This document shows positions 11,451 to 25,000 of a stretch of 64,000 nucleotides of DNA, piece by piece. Origin of the DNA: Anthoceros angustus. Taxonomy: Eukaryota; Plantae; Anthocerotophyta. The translations under genes and the position numbers were made by a program. Position 1 is the stretch's first letter. The number at the start of each line of letters is the position of its first letter. The stretch spans positions 124,001 to 188,000 of the forward strand of contig MU008170.1 of assembly GCA_010909165.1 (NCBI GenBank), written 5' to 3'. The notes below the pieces were generated by a model, which had not been told where the DNA came from, ran no database searches, and was given only the letters and a program-made list of their open reading frames with translations.

Positions 11451-14400
11451 TCAATCTATTTCTCCTTCCTCTACATCTCCTGCATCACCATTTTCCTCCA
11501 CTTTAAGAGCGGGATCATCCCGGTGTTCCTCCTCTTCTTCTTCGTCTTGGCGCATAAAAAGGCCTAGCTGTTCTAATGGTCTAATGCCAGGGCCACCAAA
11601 ATTTGGACGACCCTCGGGAGATCCATCTGGACTACCATCTTCACCTGAGCTAGGGAGATCCAGCTGTGTAGTTCCCATCCTCTCCAGATCTTTCAAAATT
11701 TCTGAGTTCTCATCTATCTCAACAGTCTTCTCCATCTGCTCATCCGGAGGGGAGCATTAAAATTTGCAAAAAGGCAAAGACATTTCGACATCAATGGTCG
11801 TCCACGTAGGTCTACTATACCAAAAAGGGTGCACAAGCTGACCTGTTGGAGGGCTACACGGGCAGCTTCTCTCTCGGCCTCCCTCTTCCGAAGCTGCTCT
11901 GCAAGAGCTTCGGCCTGTGCCTTTTTCCTGGCAGCCTCGGCAGCTTTCGCTTCAGCTTGCAGCCGAGCTTTCTCTGCAGGGGTGTGCTGCTGCTTGCTCA
12001 GAGAACTTCGTGGATTCCCACAGATAGGAATACACTAGATAACTAAAGTAAAGTAACATAACCCCACTACCAAATATACCTTCTCTCTGACGTTTTTCCA
12101 TTTCCTCTCGTTCTCTCTTCATCTTCTCGGGATCAACCTTCTCACCCTGAGCAGAAACTATGCACATTAGCATCTAACGGGATACAATAGGCATGTCACA
12201 GACGGGCGACAGTAGGCATCGTCACAACCGCAGAGATGCTGCACATGGCAAGGTTTACCTTGCTAGAGGGACATGTCTTTTCTTGAGCTTTCAGGATGGT
12301 ATCCGCAAACCGATCCCTCATCCTGGCTGCCCGCAGCAGCTTCTCGGGAGAGAGTTGCCTCTCAGGTGGAACATCTGGAGAGCCTTGCCTGTCACCACCA
12401 GCACCAGGTGACACTTGTGTCTCTGTTGCTGGACGCGGTGAGGTATCAGTGCCCCTAGGAGCTACAGAATTTCCAGCTGTTGCAGGTGAGCATCGTTCAG
12501 CCAGTGCAGTACCAGATGCACTCTTCTCAGCTGGCTTGGAAGATTTGGAAGAACGAGGATCACCGACTGGTGGTGAACAACTCCCATGACTTCTATTCTC
12601 AGCGGCTTCAGACAAGCTTCCCCCTTTCCCAGGTACTACTTCACCTACACCACATTACGGCACACCAAAAGGTAAGAACAACTGGCGGTAGTAGAGCAGT
12701 TAGACAACAAGGTCACTCATCTACAAACGCAGACCTCCATTGGCATCCTGTTCCCGAGAATCCACTGGCGCCAAGCCTGTGCCCTTCACACTATGAGTCT
12801 CAGCGGCAGAGCTGCCCACTTGGTCACAGACGGTGCCTGAACCCAAGGGTTCCTGCAGGAGCGGCAGTGCAGAGAAACAACACCCTCAGCCTCATCTACA
12901 ACAGCTATCCACTAGCACTATGATGACAGCACACGATTGTCCCTCCTACCCAATAGACCCACACATGCTGCATATCCTCCGGGTTCCCACAGAGGAGCAA
13001 CAACAAACCTTGTTTTGAGGCGAGCCCTTGGCACCTCCCTCAACAGACTGGGCTTCATCTGCATCGGAGTCACTGCCGGATGTGCTGCCGGAGTCTGAAT
13101 CTGAGCCACACTACCAAGTCAGTGCATAGGCAGCACCAACTGTACTCTGAAACACGTAACCCCAACCTCAAGATGAGAGGAACAGATCAAAGAAGCCACA
13201 CAGGAGAAAATACTTACCACTGTCAGAAGATCCCGAGTCACTGCCTGAGCTGCTGGAACTGCTGGACTTGGCACCAAATGCAGCGGCATCCTTGTCTACC
13301 TCTACAGCAGGAAACTGAGCTGAAGGAGCATCGTCACCATCAATGTCAACCTCTTCTTCCCCACCCTCACCTGCATCAAGGAGTGTGAATTGTGAGCAAC
13401 GACTTCCAGGAAGGATACTTTGCACACAAAAAAAAGGTGGCACAATCAACTCACCTTTCCGTGTTTTCTTGGGCGTTTCTCCAGTCACGGTGGCAGGAGC
13501 CTGCAGAATCCCCAAGAGACTATGAATACGATCCAACGTGGCACAGAAAGAAGGCAGGCGACATAGAAGCTCAACAACCGAACAGACATAGGACAGAATA
13601 CGAGGAAAAGAACCCACACAGCACAACAGAGCGGACCCACCTTCTTCTTCTTATTGCAGTTGGCCACAAAGCGTTCCAGCTCCCACAAGGTTTCGTTGTC
13701 GAAGGTCTCTATGTCCACCTCGATCTCATTGTCATTTTGAGATAGAACCGGATTCCGCTTCCTGAGAATCTGGACAATCTTCCCCAATTTCTCGGCGGGT
13801 TGCTTTTCCAGGTTCTCACTCAGTTTCTGCTTCTCCTCGAAGGTCATAGGCCTTTTCTGGGCCTCCTGCTTCGGCCTCACGGCACCAGCCGGGCGACCAG
13901 GACCTCCAGCACGCCCTCCCCTGGAGTTAGCAAAATGGGTTTGAACTTTGTCCTCCAGGCTCTGCAATTGCTGCTTCAGATCCAGCAACTCCTGAGTTTG
14001 CCCCGACCCTTGGGCAAGAGTCTCGTCCTCGAACTTGATCTTCATCTTCTCCTCCTCGTACTTCACCTCAATGGCCTTCCACCTGGACTCAAAATTGTGC
14101 CCCATGATTTCCGCCATAGTGTGTACGTCATGACCCTTGGGGTTGTAGGTCAAGGCATTAGAGAACACCAGCCTGACATCATCAGCAAACTCGGCGGGAG
14201 TCTCATACACCCCTGCCTCCAGGTTTTTCTTTATCGTACCAAGGTCCATCGGCTTCCTGATCACCTTGAAGTAATCGTGCAGGCCAAGCTCCACTACATC
14301 CACAGGTTCTTTGAACACCCAAGCGTGCTTGTGGTTCCACAGCCGTTTGAGGAGGGTCATGCACTGCTTGAGGAGGTCGGCCATCCGCTTGTGCCTGGCC

Positions 14401-15329
14401 GTCTGCACCTTCTGTCTCTTGGAGTCCTTAGGATCCAGCTTAGCTATAGAGCCACGCTTCACCCCGGCCACGGCCTTAGGCTTCAGCTTCTCAGGAGGCG
14501 GGATCCGGTCCTTACCGGACACAAACTCCGAGTTCAAATACATCTGATTGGCCTTGGGCGTCCGCTTCTCCTTCCCAGGAGCCCCCGGCGTCCCCATGAG
14601 CGGATGCTCGGGGACGACGACGCTGGGTACCCGGGACAACCTAGCGGAAACACCTCCCGGACCACCTGCCCTTACATCTGAAGACGTACACTGCGGGTCA
14701 GCACCAGGAGTAGACACTCCATTGTTGTCCGCCCTAACAGCCACGTTAGCACTACTCCCGGTGCGCCGCATGGCCCCATCGGGCGTGTTCAACCTTCTTG
14801 CCAGTTCTGCCTCCCTCGCATCAATCCTAGGGTACAGCATCATAAGAGCCTCAAGATCCATCCGCAGCTTCTTCCTGTACGCGCTCTTCTCCTGCTTGGA
14901 GAGCGTGAGCGCATCAGGAAAGTGCAGACCGGGCTCCGTGCCGGCCACATCGCTGCTGCCGTCCTTGACACCATCCGTGTTCAAGCTCATGGACTTGCGC
15001 TTGAGAGAGCGCGAGTCATCCGATCCGGTCTCCAGATCGGCCTTCACCGGCGCGGTCAGACTGTCCTTCCTCGAGAGAGCATGCCGCTGCCTCCGGCCAT
15101 CCGACTCGGCCACCGCCTCCACTTCCTGCAGCGGCGTGGCCACGGCAGCCGCCGCCGCCTCATACCCGCTCTGCTGCTGCTGCTGCTGCAGCTTCACCTG
15201 CGGCTGCTGGGACGACGCCGGCGGCTGGGGTTTTGGCGTTGTGCTCTTCTTCATGCTGCTGCTACTGTCCCGGCCGGTCAAAGCAGTGCTCTGGTAGCGC
15301 TCATGGGTGTAAATAAGCGCCGACGCCAT
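11451..15329 (-). CDS. BET-family bromodomain + ET-domain protein of the GTE8/GTE9/GTE11 type, 9 exons
   Basis: Exons: 15329-13641, 13500-13455, 13370-13218, 13100-13009, 12852-12735, 12644-12259, 12146-12080, 11973-11843, 11735-11451; phases are consistent. Bromodomain [10 protein letters not shown]...[15 protein letters not shown]...YNP, ET domain [10 protein letters not shown]...EIEVDIE...LWEL, and C-terminal [19 protein letters not shown] and [10 protein letters not shown] motifs. Confidence 0.95.
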
Positions 15330-15862
15330 GCGACACGCTGTTCAAAGCATGCTCCCTGCATGCAGTCCAGATGAGGGTTAGGAGAAGCGGGCAGAGGCCC
15401 AGATCCGGTCAAACCGCCGAGCCCCCGGCCCCCCGCGGCGCAAGAACGTAGCCCTGCATTGCCCAAGAATGCGTCGGGCACAAGAAACGGCTTCTTCGCG
15501 CGGTGGGGCGGGGAGGAGAGGAAGAGGGAGGAGGCGAGGAGAGGGACACGGCCGCCAGTCCCCGCCGCGGGGAGGAAGAAAAGGAGGAGGAGGAGGAAGA
15601 AGAAGAAGAAACAGGAGGAGGCCGGGAAGGAGCGGCGGGGCCTGGGGTCGCGGGGTCACGGCAGGATGTGGATCCCTTGCGGCGCGATCAGGCCATGCCG
15701 GATGCGAGCCTGGAGCGCGGCATGCAGGCGAAGGTTTGGGCTATGGCGGATGGGGGCAGCGGCGGGCAGGGGCTGGGGTTGGGGTTAGAGACAGGGCCGG
15801 CGGGGCCAGGAGGCCCAGCGCCGCACTCGCAGCGGCGGGCGGCACAGGGCAGGGCGAGGGCA

Positions 15863-15985
15863 GAGAGAGAGAGAGGGGAAGAGAGAGAGAAAGAGGGACA
15901 GAGAGAGAGCGAGGGAAGGAAGCAAGGGCTGCAGAGCAGGAAGGAGAAGAAGAAGAAGAAGAGGAGAGGAGGAGCAGGGGAGGAG
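15863..15985. promoter_or_regulatory. GA/CT-rich tract upstream of the BET gene (GAGA-element-like, 5' UTR or promoter)
   Basis: (GA)n and (GAA)n runs about 0.55 kb upstream of the ATG at 15329, in a GC-rich region. Confidence 0.5.
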
Positions 15986-16684
15986 GAGACATGGCGAGGC
16001 GAGGCGGCCAACGCTCATCTCTTAAAGGCAGCCCTGGCCTGCGCGGCCCGGTGGGCCTGCCCGCCGTCGATGCGTCATCGCACGGCGCGCGCCTCCCGCG
16101 GCTCCTCGCCGTCGATCTCGCCACGTCGGATTTAGGGCACCCGGCGCCAGCGTGTGGTCCGTGGTGGCGCTGCTTTCGCCGCCGCCTGGCTTGCGCCGCA
16201 AGCCAGGCCCGCGGCTTCCGCTTGTGGCGCAACCTTCCCTGCGCCGCTGCGCCGGGTTTAGCCTTTTCCGCGCCTTGCTTTGATGCTCTCCACGAGGTTT
16301 CGCACTTGCCACATTCCATCCCAGATATTTTGAGCTCCCGCTCTTTTCATGCTGCCTCGGCCCCGGCCCTAGGGTTGGCAGCCCGACCCTCCAGACCTAA
16401 TTTACGCTCACGGCCCCTCGTCAACCACATCTGTATGTAAGCATGTGCTCAACATATGTATGTATGAACACCTGACAGAAAAATATCGAAGTGCAACTAG
16501 GTAGCTGTTTTTACAAATGAATTGATTCTACCAAAATATAATTTGAAAAAACTTATTTTTAAGTTTTTCAAATTAAGAAAAATTTATAAATATTAATTGA
16601 ATTATATTTTGGTAGACTTTTCTAAAATTCATAGTTTTATAATGCTCTTCTCTTATTTGTTTATGTCCACAAGTAAATAGTGAA

Positions 16685-16760
16685 GCTGATATGGGTGAGT
16701 GGTTAAGGCATCGGACTTGAAGTCAATATTACTCTATAGTTAAAATCATCTAGTCAATAC
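16685..16760 (+). pseudogene. tRNA-Ser(UGA)-like relic or SINE head
   Basis: GCTGATATGGGTGAGTGGTTAAGGCATCGGACTTGAAGTC resembles a tRNA-Ser 5' half (A box, D arm, anticodon loop CTTGAAG). The T arm/B box is degenerate (AGTTAAAATC). Confidence 0.35.
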
Positions 16761-19149
16761 TTATGGCACTACTCTTTTGAGGCTCGCTCATCCCACCTTC
16801 AATGAACTTCCCCTATGGCTGGACAGTTGGAGCAAGTGGTTTCCAGCAACAATGGGTACTCCTCTAGCACGTTAGACTATGTTATTGGTGATGTCGAGCT
16901 TCTTTCACATATCGCCAAGTTGTGGACCGATGACACTGTTTGCATCGAGTTTGACCATGCTGCTGACTGCTTATAGCTTTGTACCTTACCTGCCCCTCTC
17001 TCTCCCCCTCACCCTCCCACGCATGGTTTCACCACCCAATTCACCCTTTCTCATGAACTTGCTCCCCAATTTTCCCGCATGCTCCAAATCTCTCTTGCTT
17101 CCATCTCCCCTGCTCTCCTCTTTCTTTGTTGGACCTTCGCTCCCTCTTTTGTTATCCTTTCCTCAGCTCGCCCTACATTTTCTTTCAAATTTTGCCACCC
17201 TTCCCGCAAAAACCAAGCCCCCCGCCTCTCTTGGTTCTAAAACCTCTTGCTCTGTGCTAACTTAACCTCCCCCTACGTCTCATCATTCCCCTCTTTACAA
17301 AGGCATTGTCGAACCTTACGGAACTTTCGTATTCATGAAAAAGTCTCAATTCCACCAGTCTGAATATATCCATCTTACTTCCCTTCTCCAGACGTCCTCC
17401 TCAAGGCTAGACCAAAGCTCCTCTCCTATGGTGATGGTCTTTACCACATCCCTTCCGCTCTCCCTGCTCCCAAATCCTCTGACCCCCAACCTCAGGTTTT
17501 TCAACGCCAATCTCATGACCCATGCTGTTAGGAAGTTGAGAAGTGGTACCGCAATAAACCTTACTAGTATCTTGGAGATTTACTCCATTTTGCTCACCCT
17601 GTCTCTCTTTCTTCTCACCTGCCACTATGTTCAACGACGCCGGCTACTAGTACGCAACCTATTGGTAAGAACTCTGCTGGTAAGGAACATTATTTGAAGC
17701 ACTATTTAGATGAGGTATACACCTTCAACTTCATAAAAACTTTCATGTTAAGCAAGCGTTTTAAAATTACTTTATACCACTAACTTTTCTTTAACTTTAC
17801 TAACCTACCTGTTGCAAGACCCTTTGGAGCTGCTGATACAAGCTCACTTTTGTAAATTCGAAGAAGGCCCCTTGATATCATGGGGTCGTTTCAAAGCTCT
17901 TCTACGCCCCTTGTTGTAACATCACTTTGGTAAGACCTTTTTGGGTCCCTTATATATATCATTACTGTTGGGAAGCCCTTTTCGGCCCTCTGATTAAGTG
18001 AAATATCCACATGCTTCATATCCACTATAAACAAATACAAGCATTACGGAAATTAAAATTTTGAGTACAATAATTAAAATTTGGACACCAAAATTAAAAG
18101 GCAACAATATTGGAATATTGAGAATATTGAATTAAGGAGTACTTATGAATGCTATTAATAACTAATGGTATTGCAGCATGATAGATTAGATATTAAAAAA
18201 AAGGCGTATAAACAATGGTCTTATGTATTCTCTACCTCAATGCGGAGTCAATGTATTAAGATTCTCCATCTAAACTAAAGAACCGTATAAGGATGTTCTT
18301 CTTACATGATTTTAGTAGATAAATTTCATAAAGTGGTCACCGTGTGTTTACTATATGATGGGTGTAAAACACCTTGTCCACTTTGAGCTCTCTCGATGTG
18401 GTGAACATCCAACTCCAAAAGACCCAAACCAAGAGAATCCTATTGTTTGGCCCTAGATTGCTGAATGTACCCAACATAATACTTTCACTTGACATAATAG
18501 ATATTATTATGTTTATATTATTTTTTTATATTATGATGAGACTACATATAAGGTCTGTGTCTTGCATTTTTTGAAGTGCAATTAGTTCATACATTCAAGA
18601 TCACACTTACTTTATGGCATTTCCATTGTGTCATGACTACAATGGTGTGAATTAATACTGCCTATATTATAGTGAAATTTTATGAATGAATATTTAAATA
18701 TTAAATTTTATGAATATTATTAATTAATAAAAAATTAAGCACTATAACCGAAGAGTTAGATGCATGCTTAAGTGGCTATACCTATACATAAAGCGATTCC
18801 TGTGGATCGTGATTCGTAAGGCCAGGGCGATGCGGATGCCAATATCGAACCGAGTGGATGAGACTGGGTAATGTAGTACTTTCCAGGGAGGGAAAGTATA
18901 GGTATGTATGTACCTGCAGACCCATAAAGTGGTTGGATGTCATGGGACCTTGGAGCTGGGCCAGATTCAAACTAGGATGCACGTAGGTGCGCGAATCACG
19001 TGACGCCAGCTGTATGAAAACGTCCATCGGTTTTTCTCCGTTTCACGGGCCACGTTTGGATCTCGGAAAGCGCGTTAACGGAAGCGCGTCGGGTGAGGTG
19101 AGTCGGGCTCTTCCCCTCAACGGCCACGATCGGGCCACGCCACGCTCCA

Positions 19150-20150
19150 GGAGCCGGCGGTTGTCGGCCTGGCTAATCATGGGCCGCGCAAGACGTCAAA
19201 TCGCACGAATATCCAACCTGCATCCCAACCCGCGGGGCGGGTTCGAACCCTTAATCCGACCGGGATCTACATACAACTGGGAGAATGGCTGTCGTGACAC
19301 GGGCCATGCCGGCCTGCTTTACGCAGGCCTCGGTCCCACTCGCTCAAGCCTCGACAGCCTCGAGGCCTGGTTGCGTGCGGATTCGGATACGTCAGGGACA
19401 GGCAAGCTTTGCGCTTCGCGGGAAGGATCGTGCTGGCCATCCCGTGGCGTTCTCGCCTTCACGTACTGGATGGTAGGCCGGTAGCGGCTTGGGGTGGCCG
19501 TGTTATGTTCGAGAAGGATCTGCGGCTAAGCGCGTAGGGAAGCAGTGCCGCGGTCCTGGCGAGGTTATCGGATTTAGGGTGGAAGGGTTGGAGTGTGGAG
19601 CTTGCTCTCGAAGCACCATGTGGATGCTTATGGTACTTCAGGAAGGCGGTGTGAAGCCAACAAGCCGGTGGCCCGACGCAACGAGGTGACGAGGAGAGAC
19701 TCCACCGGTTTCTTGAGGAATTATGTTTCACGAGGACTGCGCAGGGCTTTCTGAAGGCATACCTCCAGCTTTTTAACAGTTTACGACGGACAGCTTCGTG
19801 CATGCCTGTAACGAGGAAAGCGTTTCCATCAGATCTATCGTCGCGTTGGCGTCACCCTTCTCGAACCCTGATCGGAATGGTATGCTCGCGGATTCAAGAC
19901 CTTCGGGGAGTCCTGAGAAATGGCAGGAGGGCTTCAGGAAGCTGGAAGAACTAGCCTATGCTGGTTTCTGGAGATGGGAAAGCTTTACCTGTGTCAGGAC
20001 TCTGGAGTAGGAAGCTGGTTTTGGGACATGGCGAAGAGTTGAAGGATCTCAGATGGGGGTGATGCAGTATGTGAACACTGATGGGGGCGATGCTTGCGTA
20101 GATGCACCAGCCACACACTGAGAAGAGGCCAGAATGGAAACTGTGGAAGA
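19150..20150 (+). repeat. Unclassified GC-rich dispersed repeat, copy 1 (homologous to 29000-30040)
   Basis: Colinear shared words: CACGAATATC, CCAACCCGC..GTTCGAACCC, GCCATGCC.GCCTGCT, GTTCGAGAAGGATCT, CAGGGCTTTCTGAA/CAAGGCTTTCTGAA, GAGAAATGGCAG. Confidence 0.75.
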
Positions 20151-20519
20151 CCAAATTTATTAAAGTCCACACGAAGGCCTGAAGTGTTTTTTTAAAGGAA
20201 CTGGCTTATATTATGAAGCTAACCTTAAAGCATATTACCAAATGCCATTATTTACTATATTATATGAATATAATATACTAATATACTATACTAATCAATA
20301 TTTTATATGTGATACCTTTACAAATATACCTTTCCCACCTATCCATATTTTGTAAAGGCTCTATCTTCCTTTAACAAATATGATATAATATGACATATCT
20401 TTTTTTCATAAGCCAATTTTATCTATATAACATATAGAAGAGGAGGATATCATCATTAACTTAAGAATATAATATCATTAGTATATATATTTATGAGTAT
20501 ATCATCATTCACCCTTCTA

Positions 20520-20765
20520 ATGATATGCTCTTTGACGGTACCACATACAGGGTATGTTACAACCACATCTGCACTAGAGAATTTGTTTGCTTGAATGATG
20601 TACAGGTTACCTCTGCGTGGAGCATATTGCGTAATGTATATGCGCATTTCCTCTCGGAAGAAAGCTGCTCTCTTTCAGCTACTGTGAACATAACATCTTT
20701 GATCATGGTGTCGTGTGTAGCAATGCGTTGCCCACCGTTTGGACACCGGGCTTGGTGAATCGTCG
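20520..20765 (-). mobile_element. Small decayed CRE-like fragment (CCHC knuckle and start of endonuclease)
   Basis: ARCPNGGQRIATHDTMIKDVMF matches the ARCPIGGQRIATHDVIRDIMF of the other CRE copies. Confidence 0.75.
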
Positions 20766-20934
20766 GCTGGTCCGGTGAGGCTCTATAGTTGCAAGTTTGA
20801 AGAGAAGTGGCTAGAGGTTGAATGAGACCCAGGCAGAACCTCATCACTGTCGAGAAAGAAATCTCGTGGAGTAAGTTCCCCTTGGTTTTGGAAGCATGGC
20901 TACTCGAGCATCACCCCCAACTCTTGCGACATTG

Positions 20935-21070
20935 CTGTGCCACCGGCGTTTGCTACCATTCCACCATCCTACCGGCGTTGGCCACCATTCCATCGTGCCA
21001 CCGACGTTGGCCACCGTTCCACTGTGTCATGGTGTAGACGCTGGCACCGTGCCACGGTGCCAACCAAAGC
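20935..21070. repeat. Degenerate ~29-bp tandem repeat (GCCACCGRCGTTGGCCACCRTTCCA), about 3 copies
   Basis: Visible direct repeats. Confidence 0.6.
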
Positions 21071-22008
21071 CACGGGAGGCATGGTGGCAACAGGAGGTGT
21101 ATTGGCAATGTTTGGCCATTGGTGCTATCAGGGATTGTACGAGTGTGATAGAGACGGGCAGGAGGTGGTGTAAGAGGCGGTCACATGCAATATAGAGTGT
21201 AGATATGGGGGAGCAGGCTAGTAGAAGAAGAAGAAGAATTTTATTTAAGTCCACTAAGGACGGATTTCCGTCATGGGACTTGTACTTAACAACTTGTACC
21301 ATGGTGTGCCTAAGCTACTGGCACCAAGGGCATCCACTTCCTTTAGGCACCCCATCTAAGTACCGATCTAAGCTCAGGATGCTTAATCACGACGTTCTTA
21401 TAAATGTATGTCCATTTGGCCTAAGCCATTTGGACACACATTAGTAGGCGGTGAAGGCGCGAGGGGGCAGTCGGTGAAGGCAAGAGGGGTAGGCGGTGAG
21501 AGCGGTAGTCAATGTAGACATTAGGGAGATGTATGGGAGGTGGTGTACGCGGCAGTGGCATGGACATTCCTAACCGTATGATGTAGTTTGAAACATTCCT
21601 TTTAAAAAAACTTATATTATATTAAATATATTACATATTTTAATATAAATATATTGAATACGTAGGAATCCATCCTGCTAACCCAGCCAGGTAAGGAGGA
21701 CGGAGTTTCTAAAAATTTTTGCCCATTCTTTCAGAGAGAGGAAATTTGTCCCGAACGGGCCAGCTCTCAATCTAAAATAATGTTTACATTAGAGGAGTAG
21801 CCTCCTCCGTCCATGGCCTCAATAGACCACCATAATAATAGGGTGGTCCGTCGCGAACAGCCGCGGATGGAAGTTTCTGTTTGTGGTTGTTGCAGACAGA
21901 CTGTTTACTCAACTAGAAAGTACTTTTTATCTAACCCGATTATATGTTGGGTCGGTACTCTAGCATGAGAACACCGGCCCATCTTCCTCGCAGAGATGGT
22001 CTTTTCGC

Positions 22009-25000
22009 GAACACCGGTCTTGAGCGCTGAAGACTCTTCGCACTTGAAGGCTACACTGATCTTGCTTTCCACGCTTTGTGTGTTCCTTTTTGCGCATCTG
22101 ACTTCTTCGGTTCAACACGTGCCACATCCAGTCTTCTACATAGCTCCATTTTTCCAACTTCTCTTGATGCATACTCTGAGTCCGTGTGCTCTTTCGTAAT
22201 TTCATTTGGACCCCTATAATTTCTTGTTGAGGAGAAATGTTTCTTCCAACATCCTAGATTTTGCAATCTCACAGAGGAGATTGAGATGAACCCATACGGT
22301 TCAAGCCTACTAGTGCATTCCTTGACGGTTCATTCAAAGAAAAAAGGAACAAAATTTTAAAAAAATATGAAAATCCAAAAAAATCTAATTTTTTTTAGGC
22401 AAGTACGCGTACCTGCTCTAAAATTTTGGCATTATTTTGCCTTTTTGTATTTTGTATTTTTTTATTTTGAAGGTTCCTTTTGGCGTTTTCAACCCTTTTT
22501 GTGCACCTGAGTCCCTAATCTGGATGTGTCCTCATCTTGACTTAGACCTCATCTTTTTTCTAATGATTAAAACTTTGAACTAGTAGTGAGAACCTTTTGC
22601 ATCTTTTGAATCTTGAGAGGTTTGGCTTGGGCCTAGCTCCAAGTGTAGACCATACCAATCTTATTCTCGCATTGCCTTGGATATTATCCGGGTATATTCC
22701 CCACATGCGGCGGGGATCTTTATCCTTTGAGGCTAGGGCTGCCATGCCTCTTTTCTCCTCCCTCCCAAGGTTGGGATGCGGGGTTTCAAGAGTCACTCCT
22801 GAAGTATTATGGGCGCATTTGGGCCTTCTTGATTCCTCCATTCCAGGCCCACTGTGCTCGGCTTTGCTCTTGCTCGGGGAAGGGCGCTCAGCTCGTCCCA
22901 GTATCCAAGCATTCCGTATTGTACCGACCTTTTCTACAGCTGCGTTTGGGTCTAGTCCAACTTTGGCCTATTCTCTCTCTTGCAATTGTGGGGCTTCCCT
23001 CTATGACCACAGGGCCCATCGGCCCGTTGTCCCGATGGCGGGCAGCGCATTGCTTACATGGCGTCATCCGGGACATCATGTTCTCGATTGGCCAAGGAGT
23101 GCGGCTTTTCTCTATAGAGCATCCCTACACCTTGCTCAATGGTGTGTCTCTTAGAGCTAACCTTTTCTTGACCGGGGAATCGGGTTTACATCACTAATAT
23201 GGTTGTAACTAACCACCCGGAGAGTGTCTTTGAGCACGTTATCCTCAACCCCTCGGGTTGGGCGGGCGGAAAAGGCTGCGTAACGACCAAGGTTCACAAG
23301 TGCTCTCCTATGCAGCAGCCACACTTTTATCCCCCGCCATCGAGACTCAGGGCCATTGATCGGGACTTCTCGAGTTCCTCAAGGCTTGTGCTAAGGCTTA
23401 CCACGATTGCAAGAATGGGGTTGGTCTCCCCTTTCTTGTATTGTGTCTTTTCGAACAGGTGTCCATCACAAAGGCGTTAGCCGATGTACAATGACTAGCA
23501 GGAGGCGGCTCCTTGGCGGTGGTAAGTAGGCCCTTTCTACTCCTCGATCACGAGATTCTTAGGCGGTGAGGTAGTTTTGAGAAAAGCGATCGCGGAGTTA
23601 GTCCCCATAGTGCCCTTTGTTGGGTTGATCCCTTCTTTTCGGTGTAGATGGTGTTTTTCCATCTCTTTTTTCGACATAAACTCTCCGATCAACCTTTTCA
23701 TGAACACCGGTCTTGAGCGCTGAAGACTCTTCGCACTTGAAGGCTACACTGATCTTGCTTTCCACGCTTTGTGTGTTCCTTTTTGCGCATCTGACTTCTT
23801 CGGTTCAACACGTGCCACATCCAGTCTTCTACATAGCTCCATTTTTCCAACTTCTCTTGGTCTGCATGCTACGAAGTCCGTGTGCTCTGTTTCGTGGCCA
23901 ATTTCATTTGGACCCCTATAATTTCTTGTTGAGGAGAAATGTTTCTTCCCAACATCCTAGATTTTGCAATCTCCTGTAAGAGGAGATTGAGATGAACCCA
24001 TACGGTTCAAGCCTACTAGTGCATTCCTTGACGGTTCATTCAAAGAAAAAAGGAACAAAATTTTAAAAAAATATGAAAATCCAAAAAAATCTAATTTTTT
24101 TTAGGCAAGTACGCGTACCTGCTCTAAAATTTTGGCATTATTTTGCCTTTTTGTATTTTGTATTTTTTTATTTTGAAGGTTCCTTTTGGCGTTTTCAACC
24201 CTTTTTGTGCACCTGAGTCCCTAATCTGGATGTGTCCTCATCTTGACTTAGACCTCATCTTTTTTCTAATGATTAAAACTTTGAACTAGTAGTGAGAACC
24301 TTTTGCATCTTTTGAATCTTGAGAGGTTTGGCTTGGGCCTAGCTCCAAGTGTAGACCATACCAATCTTATTCTCGCATTGCCTTCGGATATTATCCCGGG
24401 GTATATTCCCCTGCATGCGGCCAGGGGATCTTTATCCTTTGAGGCTAGGGCTGCCATGCCTCTTTTCTCCTCCCTCCCCAAGGTTGGGATGCGGGGGTTT
24501 CAAGAGTCACTCCTGCAGAAGTATTATGGGCAGGCGCATTTGGGCCTTCTTCGGGATTCCTCCATTCCCAGGCCCACCTGTGCTCGGCTTTGCTCTTGCT
24601 CGGGGAAGGGAGCAGGCTCTGGCTCGTCCCAGTATCCAAGCATTCCGTATTGTACCAGCAACCTTTTCTACCGCGCTGCGTTTTCGCTTGGGTCTAGTCC
24701 AACTTTGGCCTATTCTCTCTCTGCTTGCAATTGTGGGGCTTCCCTCTATGACCCTGGGGCCCATCTGGCCCGTTGTCCCATTGGCGGGCAGCGCATTGCT
24801 ACGCATGACGTCATCCGGGACATCATGTTCTCGGTGGCCAAGGAGTGCGGCTTTTTCTCTATAGAGAGCATCCCTACACCTTGCTCAATGGTGTGTCTCT
24901 TAGAGCTAACCTTTTCTTGACCCAGGGGAATCAGGTTTCTGTCACTAATATGGTTGTAACTAACCCCACCCAGGAGAGTGTCTTTGAGCACGTTATCCTC

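Noticed and set aside
13800-15374. Long plus-strand ORFs (293, 249 and 150 aa)
   Set aside because: Antisense shadows of the GC-rich first exon of the BET gene, with no recognisable motifs.
15459-16440. Overlapping 100-320 aa ORFs rich in R/G/E or S/P/L
   Set aside because: Low-complexity translations of GA/CT microsatellite and GC-rich promoter/UTR sequence.
16850-17900. Possible decayed LINE or gene
   Set aside because: Many stops in all frames and no diagnostic motif I could support.
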